Source: a virus. From it: a stretch of DNA of 64,000 nt. A program made the position numbers and the translations under genes. The first letter of the stretch is position 1, and each line of letters starts with the position of its first letter. The stretch is taken from positions 64,001-128,000 of IMG/VR virus record IMGVR_UViG_3300044653_000098, one strand, 5' to 3'. Shown one piece after another: positions 48,509 to 56,597 of the stretch. The notes beneath the pieces were generated by a model. The model saw only the letters and a program-made list of their open reading frames with translations, made no database searches and was not told the DNA's origin.

Positions 48509-49668
48509 TCGGTGACGACCTGGAATCCCTGGCTCTGCGCTACCGCCCGCGGCGGTTCGCTGACGTGGCCGGCCAGCTTGCTTCGGTGGCGGTGCTCTAC
48601 CAGATGTCTATCCGCGGGAAGATCCCGGGCGCCTCGATCCTCTATGGCAACCGGGGGTCAGGCAAGACCACCTCAGCCCGGATCGTCGCGGCCGCTCTCA
48701 ACTGCAAGGCAGGCCCCGGGCAGCCGGACGCCTACCCGTGCCTGGACTGCCCGTCCTGCCGGGCGGTGTGGAACAACACCAGCCTGGACTACATGGAAAT
48801 CGACGCCGCGAGCAACGGCTCGGCCGAGAAGGTGCGCACGCTTCGTGAGGAGCTGGCCTACTCCAGCTCGACCGGGCAGCGGGTTGTGGTCCTGGACGAG
48901 GCGCACTCGATGTCCGTGGTGGCGTTCAATGCCATCCTCAAGCTGCTGGAGGAGCCACCTCCCGGTGTGTCGTTCATCCTGTGCACCACCGAGCTGGCCA
49001 AGATTCTGGCCACGGTGCGCAGCCGGTGTGTCCCGTTCCGGTTCGCCCGGCTGGGGATCGACGTCATCGCCTCCCGGCTGGCCTGGATCTGCCAGCAGGA
49101 GAGCATCCCGGCCGAGCCAGCGCTGCTGGCTGCCATCGCTGAGCAGGCTGACGGCGCTATGCGCGACGCGGTCATGACGCTGGACCAGCTGCAGAGCGTG
49201 GGGATCTACGACCTCGCCCGCTTCCAGGCCATGACCGGCTGGGCCGACTACGCTCCGGGCCTCATCTCCGCCATGCTGGCCGGGGACGACGCCTCGATGT
49301 TCACCCAGCTCGACACGGTGCTTCAGCAGAACGGCGACTACGCCGAGGTGAGCACCAAGCTGACGGGCTGCCTGCGGGACATTCTGGTGCTGCTCGGCGG
49401 CGGCCAGATCACCGCTCAGGGAGCTGCCCTGGAGGCCCGCACGTCACTGGCTAGCCGGCTGGACGCCCCGCGTGTTGCCCGCGCCATGCGGGTGATGTGG
49501 GAGCTGAAGACCCGGGTGGCCAAGACTGAGCCCAAGGCCACCCTGGAGCTGGCGTGCTCGGTGATCTCCGCCGAGCTGCGCCCGCCGCAGGCCGCCCCGT
49601 CGCTGTCCGCGGTGCCGCAGCCGCTGACCCTCGCTCAGATGGGGAACGGGCACCGCGTTTCTGCCTGA
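48505..49668 (+). CDS. dnaX: Clamp loader gamma/tau ATPase subunit
   Basis: LALRYRPRRFADVAGQ, GNRGSGKTT, EIDAAS, LDEAHSMS, LKLLEEPP, SRC and GAMRDA. Confidence 0.95.
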   Translation: MIGDDLESLALRYRPRRFADVAGQLASVAVLYQMSIRGKIPGASILYGNRGSGKTTSARIVAAALNCKAGPGQPDAYPCLDCPSCRAVWNNTSLDYMEIDAASNGSAEKVRTLREELAYSSSTGQRVVVLDEAHSMSVVAFNAILKLLEEPPPGVSFILCTTELAKILATVRSRCVPFRFARLGIDVIASRLAWICQQESIPAEPALLAAIAEQADGAMRDAVMTLDQLQSVGIYDLARFQAMTGWADYAPGLISAMLAGDDASMFTQLDTVLQQNGDYAEVSTKLTGCLRDILVLLGGGQITAQGAALEARTSLASRLDAPRVARAMRVMWELKTRVAKTEPKATLELACSVISAELRPPQAAPSLSAVPQPLTLAQMGNGHRVSA

Positions 49669-49704
49669 GGCTGCCGCCGGTCACCGGGTGGCGATAGCTC
49701 GTGC

Positions 49705-50661
49705 ATGAGAATCCTGGTGACCGGCGGGGCCGGCTTTATCGGGTCGGCCCTGGTTCGCCGGCTGGCAGGGGAAGATCATGAGGTCGTCGCGCTGGACGAC
49801 TGCTCCCGCGGGCAGTTCGAGCGCCTGACGGGGGTGCCCTGCCGCCGGATTCCCGGGGATGTCCGGGATGAGGACGCGGTCCTGGAGGGTATGCAGGGCT
49901 GCGATGCTGTGATTCACGCCGCGTACTTGCAGGGCACTCAGACGTTTTACGCCGAGCCCAGGCAGGTTCTCGACGTCGCACTGCGCGGGATCCTGAACGT
50001 CCTGTCGGCCTGTGAGAAGCGCGGGACTCCTGACCTGCTGCTCATCTCCAGCTCCGAGGCATACCAGGTTGCTCCCACGGTGCCGACGCCTGAGGAGATC
50101 CCGCTCGTCGTCCCCGATGTGCAGAACCCGCGGTACAGCTACGGGGGCGGGAAGATCTCCTCCGAGCTGGCTACTCTCGCCTGGCATCACGCCGGGGTGC
50201 TCGACCGCGCCATCATCGCCCGGCCGCACAACGTCGTTGGCCCGGACATGGGCCGCGAGCATGTGATCCCGGAGTTCGCCATCCGGATGGGCAAGCTCGT
50301 GCGCGAGTACCGCAGCGGGATCATCCCGTTCCCGATCCAGGGCACGGGCGAGGAGACGCGCAGCTTCTGCTACATAGATGACTGCGTGGAGCAGCTGTAC
50401 CGGCTGCTCATGCGTGCGCCGGAGGGCCCGAGCGTCTGGCACGTCGGGAACATGGACGAGCGCACGATAGCTGACGTCGCGCACGCTGTGGCTGCCTGCT
50501 ACGGCCGGGAGATCAAGGTCGTCCCCGGCAAGCTTCCCAAGGGCTCGCCCCCGCGGCGCCTGCCGGACACGGCCAAGATCGAGGCTCTCGGATATAAGGC
50601 CGTGGTTCCCTTTGATGAGGCTGTGCGGCGTTCCGTGGAGTGGTACCAGCACAATGGGTGA
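49705..50661 (+). CDS. NAD-dependent NDP-sugar epimerase/dehydratase
   Basis: TGGAGFIG, SSSEAY, YGGGK and TRSFCYIDD. Confidence 0.92.
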   Translation: MRILVTGGAGFIGSALVRRLAGEDHEVVALDDCSRGQFERLTGVPCRRIPGDVRDEDAVLEGMQGCDAVIHAAYLQGTQTFYAEPRQVLDVALRGILNVLSACEKRGTPDLLLISSSEAYQVAPTVPTPEEIPLVVPDVQNPRYSYGGGKISSELATLAWHHAGVLDRAIIARPHNVVGPDMGREHVIPEFAIRMGKLVREYRSGIIPFPIQGTGEETRSFCYIDDCVEQLYRLLMRAPEGPSVWHVGNMDERTIADVAHAVAACYGREIKVVPGKLPKGSPPRRLPDTAKIEALGYKAVVPFDEAVRRSVEWYQHNG

Positions 50662-51784
50662 GGTAACCGAGTGCGGGATCTGCGGCAGCCCGGAGCTGGA
50701 CCGCATCCTGGACATGGGTTTGCAGCCGCTGGCCGAGCGCGAGAGTGATCTGTACCCGCTGGCTCTGCTGAAGTGCTCGAACTGCACGCTGGTGCAGCTC
50801 AGTTACATCGTGGATCAGCAGGAGGTGTTCCCGCTCAACCACCCGTACGCCACCGGCAACACCAGGTTCCTGCGGGAGCACTTCGCTAAGCTGGCCGCCG
50901 AGCTGGCGGACCAGAGGCTGAAGCCCGGCGATCTGGCGGTCGACATAGGCGCCAACGACGGCACCCTGCTGGCTGCGATCGGGCTGGCAGCGCCGGGCGT
51001 GCGTCTGGCCGCGGTCGAGCCCACCAACCAGGCCCGCAAGTGCCGTGAGCGCGGCATCAGCACCTACCAGAAGTTCTTCACGCCCGCGGTGGCCGGCGAG
51101 ATCCTGCACGACCTCGGATGGGCCAAGGTCGTCATCGCCAGCAATGTGCTGGCTCACGTCCCGGACCCGCACGGGTTCGTGCACGGGGTCACCACGCTGC
51201 TGGACCCCGCTGGCGGGGTGTTCATTACCGAGAACCATGATTGGGCCAGCATCCTCAATGGTCTGCAGGTAGACACCATCTACCACGAGCATCTGAGGTA
51301 CTACTCTGTCGCGGCTCTGTCGCATCTGCTGGCCGTGCACGGCCTTGAGGTGGCCGGTGTCGAGCCGGTGCCGACACACGGGGGATCCCTGCGGGTGACC
51401 GCCCGCAAGACCAGAGGCTCGCTCAGGGACCGCTCCCGGGACGCCATGTACCGGCTGCGTAACCTGCTGGCCCAGGCAGCGGCTCGTGGCGCGGTCTACG
51501 GCATCGGAGCGGCGACCCGCGCGACGCCGCTGATCCACTATGCGGATATCGCCGGCTTTATCGACTGCGTCTGCGAGGTCTCCACCAGCGAGAAGATAGG
51601 AACGTGCATGCCGGGCACCTCTATCCCGGTGGTGGACGAGGCCAAGCTGGTGGCTGACCAGCCGCCGCACGCTCTGCTGTTCTCCTGGCACATCGCGGAC
51701 AGTCTGGTCCCCAAGCTCCGTGAGATGGGTTACCGTGGCAGGCTGATCGTCCCCCTCCCAGAGCCGAGGATCATAGATGGCTGA
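50654..51784 (+). CDS. NDP-hexose C-methyltransferase
   Basis: Zn site CGIC/CSNC, DIGANDG, NVLAH, DTIYHEH, THGGSLR and YGIGA. Confidence 0.92.
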   Translation: MGEVTECGICGSPELDRILDMGLQPLAERESDLYPLALLKCSNCTLVQLSYIVDQQEVFPLNHPYATGNTRFLREHFAKLAAELADQRLKPGDLAVDIGANDGTLLAAIGLAAPGVRLAAVEPTNQARKCRERGISTYQKFFTPAVAGEILHDLGWAKVVIASNVLAHVPDPHGFVHGVTTLLDPAGGVFITENHDWASILNGLQVDTIYHEHLRYYSVAALSHLLAVHGLEVAGVEPVPTHGGSLRVTARKTRGSLRDRSRDAMYRLRNLLAQAAARGAVYGIGAATRATPLIHYADIAGFIDCVCEVSTSEKIGTCMPGTSIPVVDEAKLVADQPPHALLFSWHIADSLVPKLREMGYRGRLIVPLPEPRIIDG

Positions 51785-52139
51785 CCGGTTCGAGGATCAC
51801 CGTGGCGTGATCCAGGACATCCTGCCCGGCCCGATCGACTGCGTCACCCGGATCTTCACCCGGGCCGGGATGGTTCGCGGGAACCATATTCACCGCGAGA
51901 CCCACCAGTGGACCTACATCATCAGCGGGACCATGGAGACGGTCCTGTCGGATGATGTAGGGCGTGTGCACACGGATACCCGCATGACGGGCGACCTGTT
52001 CCACGAGCCTCCGGGGATGGCGCACGCCTGGAGAGCTGTGTCCGATGTCTGGGTGCTGGTTTTTACCCGTGGGCCGCGCTCGGGCGAGAACTACGAGAGC
52101 GACGTCCAGCGCCTGGCACCGGAGGAACACCTGCTGTGA
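51777..52139 (+). CDS. Cupin (NDP-sugar isomerase/epimerase-like)
   Basis: EDHRG, RGNHIH....Q and PPGMAHA. Confidence 0.85.
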   Translation: MADRFEDHRGVIQDILPGPIDCVTRIFTRAGMVRGNHIHRETHQWTYIISGTMETVLSDDVGRVHTDTRMTGDLFHEPPGMAHAWRAVSDVWVLVFTRGPRSGENYESDVQRLAPEEHLL

Positions 52140-52960
52140 GCGACTTCAAGGACATGTGCGTCATCGTGATGGCGTGGCGCAGGCCCTACTACCTGAAGCA
52201 GACCCTGGAGTCCTGGGCAGCGGCCGACGGCATCAAGGACATCCGCAGCTTCATCGTCGGGCTCGGAGAGCACCCGCGCAAAGGCGAGAACCTGGCTGTC
52301 ATAGCCGAGGCTGAGCAGGCGATGGGGCGCCCGATCTGGATCCTGGAGGACAGCGACCGGGCCAAGGCCAGCCCGGCCATGCACCGCCCTATGGCCGAGG
52401 CGTGCAACGCCGCCTGGGGCAGCCACGTCGAGGGCGTGCCGGACGCCGGGTGGGTGATCCTGTCGGAGGAGGACAACACCGTCGCTGATGACGTTCTGCA
52501 CTACAACAGCTGGTGCCGCGATACCTTCCAGGACCGTAAGGATGTGCTGCTGGTCTGCTCCCACGACATCCCCTGGGTGGAGGGCTGGTTCGGGCCCGCG
52601 CCGGCTGAGCGTGAGCCGCTGCGCGCCGACGGCGACCCCAACCCCGAGATCGTCCGGCTCAAGCTCGGGTTCGACTCCCACGCCTGGGGCACGTGGCGCG
52701 ACCGGTGGGAGCAGATCCTGGAGCCCACCTGGGACTATGAGTGTAACTCCGGCGGCCCCGACAACTCCGGGTGCGACTGGAACATCGCCACCCGGGTCAT
52801 GCCCAACGGCGGGTATCTAGCGGCCTGCCCCGATGCCTCCCGCTCGTGCAACATCGGCCGCGATGAGGGCGTCTACATGCGCCCGGAGAACTGGCACGTC
52901 AATGAGGCGTTCAAGCCGGTTTACGGGCAGCAGAAGTACCGGCTGGTCGAGGGCTCCTGA
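52136..52960 (+). CDS. GT-A fold glycosyltransferase
   Basis: VMAWRRP.YL..TL.S, ILSEED and AWGTWRDRW. Confidence 0.75.
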   Translation: MSDFKDMCVIVMAWRRPYYLKQTLESWAAADGIKDIRSFIVGLGEHPRKGENLAVIAEAEQAMGRPIWILEDSDRAKASPAMHRPMAEACNAAWGSHVEGVPDAGWVILSEEDNTVADDVLHYNSWCRDTFQDRKDVLLVCSHDIPWVEGWFGPAPAEREPLRADGDPNPEIVRLKLGFDSHAWGTWRDRWEQILEPTWDYECNSGGPDNSGCDWNIATRVMPNGGYLAACPDASRSCNIGRDEGVYMRPENWHVNEAFKPVYGQQKYRLVEGS

Positions 52961-53583
52961 TGGCTGACATCTCCGTCCTGCTGCCGACACGCAACCGGCC
53001 AGAGCTGCTGTGCCGCAGCCTCAACTCACTGTTTAACCTGGCAGATGAGCCGGACCAGATTGAGGTCTTGCTGGCGGAGGACCCGGATGCGATCTACGAC
53101 CCCAAGTACGGCAACGTCCTCATCTGGGTGGCTCCGGAGCGCTACGGCAGCGCCCGGATGCACGAGTATTACAACGCCCTGGCCCGGCTGGCTCACGCTC
53201 CGCGCCTTATGATCTGGAATGATGATGCGCTTATGTGCTCCTGGGGGTGGGACACTGCTGTGCGCAGTGCGCCCCCGGACGGCTGCCTGTGGCTGGACCA
53301 CATGGGCACCGGTCCTGATCACTGCAACATGTTCCCGGTCTGGCCCAAAGCCTGGACTGACCTGCTGGGTCACATCGCTGACGGCTCTCCCCGCGTGGAT
53401 ACCTGGATCCAGGAAGTGGCCGAGATCATGGGCCGGCAGGTGAAGGTGCCGGTCCAGCTCCGGCACATCAGCCCGGACGATCAAACGTGGCGAGAGGGGC
53501 GGGAGTATTTCCTGCCCGAGTTCCATGCGCTGCGGCATCTGCGCGAGCGTGACGCCGAAATCCTGCTGGCTAGCGGATTCTAG
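52960..53583 (+). CDS. GT2-like glycosyltransferase
   Basis: ISVLLPTRNRP and IWNDD. Confidence 0.8.
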   Translation: MADISVLLPTRNRPELLCRSLNSLFNLADEPDQIEVLLAEDPDAIYDPKYGNVLIWVAPERYGSARMHEYYNALARLAHAPRLMIWNDDALMCSWGWDTAVRSAPPDGCLWLDHMGTGPDHCNMFPVWPKAWTDLLGHIADGSPRVDTWIQEVAEIMGRQVKVPVQLRHISPDDQTWREGREYFLPEFHALRHLRERDAEILLASGF

Positions 53584-53591
53584 GAGCTGAG

Positions 53592-54374
53592 ATGGCCCGG
53601 CGCTGGCATCCCATGATGTTCTATAACGAGCTGGACTGGCTGGAATGCCAGCTCTGGGAGACCTACGAGGTGATGTACCGCTACATCATTGTCGAGGCCA
53701 CCCTGGATCACCAGGGCCATCCCAAGCCGCTGTACTACGACGACAGCAAATCGCGCTTCGATCAGTGGCGAGACAAGATAATTCACGTCATTGTGCGCGA
53801 CCTGCCGACGGCGCAGACGACGGCCAACCACTGGGAGAGGGAACGGCCGCAGCGCGACGCGGCTATGCCCGTCCTCTTCGAGCAGGGCAAGCCGGAAGAC
53901 CTGATCTTCAACCTGGATGTGGACGAGATCCCGAGCCAGACCGCTCTGGCTGCCGAGACCCCGGAGATCAAGGGCCTGCAGCTGAGCAACCACCTGTTCG
54001 CGGTCGACTGGTACTCCGAGATGAACGTCATGGGATCGCTCGTGCCGGTGAACTGCCTGGAGCGGTCCATGCAGCCCTCCGAGTTGCCAGGCGCGGTCCG
54101 CGGCGGTCTGTCCTGGATCCGGGAGCACCGCTACGGCTACCCGGTCATCCACAACGCCGGCTGGCACTTCAGCTGGGTCGGCGGGGTGGACGAGTACATC
54201 TCCAAGGACCAGCGCACCCCGCACACCGAGCACCACGATGAGCGAATGCGCCCCGGCGGACCGGAATACTCCTACTATGAGGGAGCCGGGCAGACGCCTG
54301 TCGATGTTGGCCCGGACTGGCCGCGGTACATCCGGGAGCGCCGTTGCCCTGCCAGCTGGTTCCGGCCCCGGTAG
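53592..54374 (+). CDS. GT17-like glycosyltransferase
   Basis: FYNELDWL, IIVEA...G.PKPL, WERE..QRD, DVDEIP and GWHFSW. Confidence 0.8.
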   Translation: MARRWHPMMFYNELDWLECQLWETYEVMYRYIIVEATLDHQGHPKPLYYDDSKSRFDQWRDKIIHVIVRDLPTAQTTANHWERERPQRDAAMPVLFEQGKPEDLIFNLDVDEIPSQTALAAETPEIKGLQLSNHLFAVDWYSEMNVMGSLVPVNCLERSMQPSELPGAVRGGLSWIREHRYGYPVIHNAGWHFSWVGGVDEYISKDQRTPHTEHHDERMRPGGPEYSYYEGAGQTPVDVGPDWPRYIRERRCPASWFRPR

Positions 54375-54382
54375 GAGTCCTC

Positions 54383-55048
54383 TTGCTGATCGCGATGCCG
54401 GTAGACAGCCACTCCCCCGGTGATCTCGCTCACTCCCTAGATAGCTGGAGCCGGGTGCGGCCGCCGGGCGGCGAGCCTCTGGAGTTCATCTTCGCGGTCG
54501 AGCCTGACCCCGACATCGTCCCGGAGGTCATCAACCGCTACGCCGGGACGTTCAGCTGGAAGGTGGACATCTTCCAGAACGAGAACCGGCTGGGCCCGGA
54601 CCTCAACCCCGCCCACGTGCTGGAGCTGGCGTTCCGGCGCTCGCCTCAGGTGGTGTTCGCTGACGCCAGCGCGATCGTGTCCACCGACGTTGCCGAGTAC
54701 CTGAGCTGGGCCCTGGAGTGGTTCGAGCACGATGCTCAGTGCCTGGCGGTCTGCACCTTCGAGGAGCACGGCACCTCGCTCAACCCGTCTCTCGCGCGCA
54801 CCGACTTCGCGTTCACCCCGGCCTGCTTCGGGATGTGGGGAAACCGGTGGGACCGGATGCGGCACTGGGATTTCAAGGCCACGGATGACTTCCGGTGGAC
54901 CGACTACGTCCAGCAGCGCCACCTCATGCCCACCGGCCGGTATGTGATCAAGCCCTGGCAGTCCCGCTCGCAGCCGATCCGCGGACCGCGGTCCGCCAGC
55001 TTCGAGCAGGAGGTCGAGCCTCAGCCGACCTACAGCCTGACGGCCTGA
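54383..55048 (+). CDS. Glycosyltransferase-like protein (degenerate paralog of 52136)
   Basis: FGMWGNRW and P..SRS motifs shared with 52136; DxD not evident. Confidence 0.6.
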   Translation: MLIAMPVDSHSPGDLAHSLDSWSRVRPPGGEPLEFIFAVEPDPDIVPEVINRYAGTFSWKVDIFQNENRLGPDLNPAHVLELAFRRSPQVVFADASAIVSTDVAEYLSWALEWFEHDAQCLAVCTFEEHGTSLNPSLARTDFAFTPACFGMWGNRWDRMRHWDFKATDDFRWTDYVQQRHLMPTGRYVIKPWQSRSQPIRGPRSASFEQEVEPQPTYSLTA

Positions 55049-55073
55049 TGAAGCCCTGCACCGTAACAGGTGC

Positions 55074-55310
55074 ATGCCAAGAGGATGGGATCCCGCGTAC
55101 GACCCGTTCGGCGGGTACCGGGCAACCCGGTCGTTCCTGGGTGTCCGGATCAGCGACAAGACTTTCTCAGACGACTCGATCGACAAGATCCTGAAGGACG
55201 GCAAGGACCCGAAGAAGGTGCTCGGCAAAAAGATGAAAGAGCTGAGCATCAAGGACAAGCAGAAGCTGATCAGGCGTATCGAGGCCCGTGAGAAAAAGAG
55301 AAACCAGTGA
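55074..55310 (+). CDS. Small basic hypothetical protein
   Basis: Lys-rich ORF with GTAACA-N5-ATG context. Confidence 0.6.
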   Translation: MPRGWDPAYDPFGGYRATRSFLGVRISDKTFSDDSIDKILKDGKDPKKVLGKKMKELSIKDKQKLIRRIEAREKKRNQ

Positions 55311-55342
55311 GGAAGAGATGATCTTACGCAGGGGGAGACCCA

Positions 55343-55426
55343 GCCCCCGTAGCCCAAAACACCAAGAGGCAGAGGCGCCGCTTTAAAACCGGTCGAGTGT
55401 GGGTTCGAGCCCCACCGGGGGCACCA
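55343..55426 (+). tRNA. tRNA-Leu(TAA), enlarged D-loop
   Basis: GCCCCCG/CGGGGGC acceptor, loop TTTAAAA, TTCGAG T-loop, encoded CCA. Confidence 0.75.
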
Positions 55427-55459
55427 GATGGAAGTTCTGCAAGATGGTCCGGAAAAAGA

Positions 55460-55489
55460 GTTGACACGGGTCTACCGGCATCGTAAGGT
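55460..55489 (+). promoter_or_regulatory. sigma70 promoter of the tRNA array with overlapping operator
   Basis: TTGACA(55461)-N17-TAAGGT(55484); ATG 6 nt downstream (leaderless). Confidence 0.85.
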
Positions 55490-55495
55490 GGGTAC

Positions 55496-55594
55496 ATGAT
55501 GCAACGCAGGTACTCAGAGCAGCGGAATCAGGATGGGCATTTTGCCATCCCGTGCCCCGCCATGCTGGGGACCAGCGAGGTGGCTTCTGGGTAG
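55496..55594 (+). CDS. Leader peptide (32 aa) MMQRRYSEQRNQDGHFAIPCPAMLGTSEVASG
   Basis: ATG at the predicted +1; the 3' end overlaps the antiterminator strand. Confidence 0.7.
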   Translation: MMQRRYSEQRNQDGHFAIPCPAMLGTSEVASG

Positions 55595-55654
55595 AGGAAG
55601 ATCAAGCTCGGAAGCCGCCCGCAGGGACAGAAGCCCTCGCGGGCGGTTTGCGTT
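55575..55654 (+). terminator. Attenuator: antiterminator (55575-55592/55606-55622) versus terminator (55612-55622/55639-55649)
   Basis: Mutually exclusive pairings sharing AAGCCGCCCGC; the terminator ends in TTTGCGTT. Confidence 0.7.
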
Positions 55655-55666
55655 ACAGCTGAACAT

Positions 55667-55737
55667 GGGGAGCAGGCGACGGCTGCCGGCGGGATTCCAA
55701 ACCCCGCGACGAGTGGGTTCGACTCCTACGCACCCTG
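55667..55737 (+). tRNA. tRNA-Trp(CCA), atypical D-arm
   Basis: Loop TTCCAAA; T-arm GTGGG-TTCGACT-CCTAC. Confidence 0.65.
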
Positions 55738-55738
55738 C

Positions 55739-55834
55739 GGAGCACCACCCTGAAGGCTGGGGTGAACGTGCCAGCAGATTGATAACTCAACAGCGTGAGC
55801 ATCGCCCAGGGCGCCATCCCTGGGCACAAGCTCC
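55739..55834 (+). ncRNA. Unassigned multibranch structured RNA
   Basis: GGAGC/GCTCC closing stem enclosing hairpins CACCCT/GGGGTG, TTGA/TCAA and GCCCAGGG/CCCTGGGC. Confidence 0.5.
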
Positions 55835-55896
55835 CCCGTCCGCGCCTGCGCTCAGGTCTTCCTGGGTCACCATCGGGCACGGCCGGGGGAGATCAT

Positions 55897-55968
55897 GGGG
55901 ATGAGAAGCTGAGGTAGCGACCGCGCCCTGCAAGCGTTGGTGACTCGGTTCGATTCCGAGCATCTCCA
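55897..55968 (+). tRNA. tRNA-Ala(TGC), C33, atypical D-arm
   Basis: GGGGATG/CATCTCC-A with G3:U70; loop CCTGCAA. Confidence 0.7.
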
Positions 55969-56047
55969 CGAGACCGCCGCTTGGGGAACAGCTGGGATGG
56001 CCTGGTACCGGGCGTTACCCCCAGACCTGAAACGGAGCGGCGGCAGA

Positions 56048-56122
56048 CTGGGTATAGCTCAGGTTGGTCAGAGCGCGCGGTCCGGGGCCGCGAGGCCGCT
56101 GGTTCAAATCCAGCTACTCAGA
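56048..56122 (+). tRNA. tRNA-Pro(CGG), C33
   Basis: CGCGG-TCCGGGG-CCGCG. Confidence 0.85.
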
Positions 56123-56124
56123 CC

Positions 56125-56254
56125 GGGGGGAGATGCGGGTTCGAGTCCCGCCCTGTCCGTGAAAACTCTCCGCGGTGGCCGATCTGCAGGCGGCTGGCCG
56201 GCCAGGGCCCTGGTCAGGAGAGGGACAGGTAGTCCAATTGGCAGGACGCCCCCT
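56125..56254 (+). ncRNA. Circularly permuted tRNA-like RNA (3' half before 5' half)
   Basis: GGGGG-AGAT-T arm-CCTGTCC-G (56125-56159), then GGACAGG-TA-D arm-G-CCCCC (56223-56254). Confidence 0.85.
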
Positions 56255-56259
56255 ACATT

Positions 56260-56379
56260 TTCTGGTGCGGCTTACCACGATCCGGCTGGGGTTCGGGAGA
56301 AGAACGTCCGGGAGGTCGAGCGCAATACGCGGGCGCAGTTCCGCGCAAACGGCGGCCGGATGCTGTGGGAGCACCAGAA
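56260..56379 (+). ncRNA. Unassigned long-stem structured RNA
   Basis: Nested stems TTCTGGTGC/GCACCAGAA, CCACG/TGTGG and ATCCGGCTG/CGGCCGGAT. Confidence 0.55.
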
Positions 56380-56382
56380 CAA

Positions 56383-56457
56383 CGGGATGTCGCGTAAGGG
56401 TTAGCGCGCCTGGTTTGGGACCAGGCAGTCAAGGTTCGAGTCCTTGTATCCCGACCA
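56383..56457 (+). tRNA. tRNA-Pro(TGG)
   Basis: CCTGG-TTTGGGA-CCAGG; encoded CCA. Confidence 0.9.
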
Positions 56458-56524
56458 GCGGCCAGGATGTTCACCGTGTCCTGGTGCAGCGGAGGCTCGT
56501 TAGGGAGCACCCAACGGTGACGGC

Positions 56525-56597
56525 GGGTCTGTAGCTCAGACGGGAGAGCGGTCCCCTGAAAAGGGACAGGTGGAGGATTCGATCGCCTCCGGGCCCA
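56525..56597 (+). tRNA. tRNA-Phe(GAA)
   Basis: GTCCC-CTGAAAA-GGGAC. Confidence 0.85.

Noticed and set aside
5131-54236. Long antisense or alternate-frame ORFs (for example 5131-7002+, 14099-15610-, 19034-20227-, 28876-30294-, 41461-43227-, 44720-46144-)
   Set aside because: Shadow ORFs of high-GC3 genes: no motifs, and they fully overlap recognisable genes on the other strand.
55343-55426. Prophage attachment site at tRNA-Leu
   Set aside because: No integrase or duplicated 3' tRNA fragment in the window, and phage-type genes continue on both sides.
56223-56382. Two-piece tmRNA
   Set aside because: The permuted element has a full D-stem, no G3:U70 Ala determinant and no convincing tag ORF.
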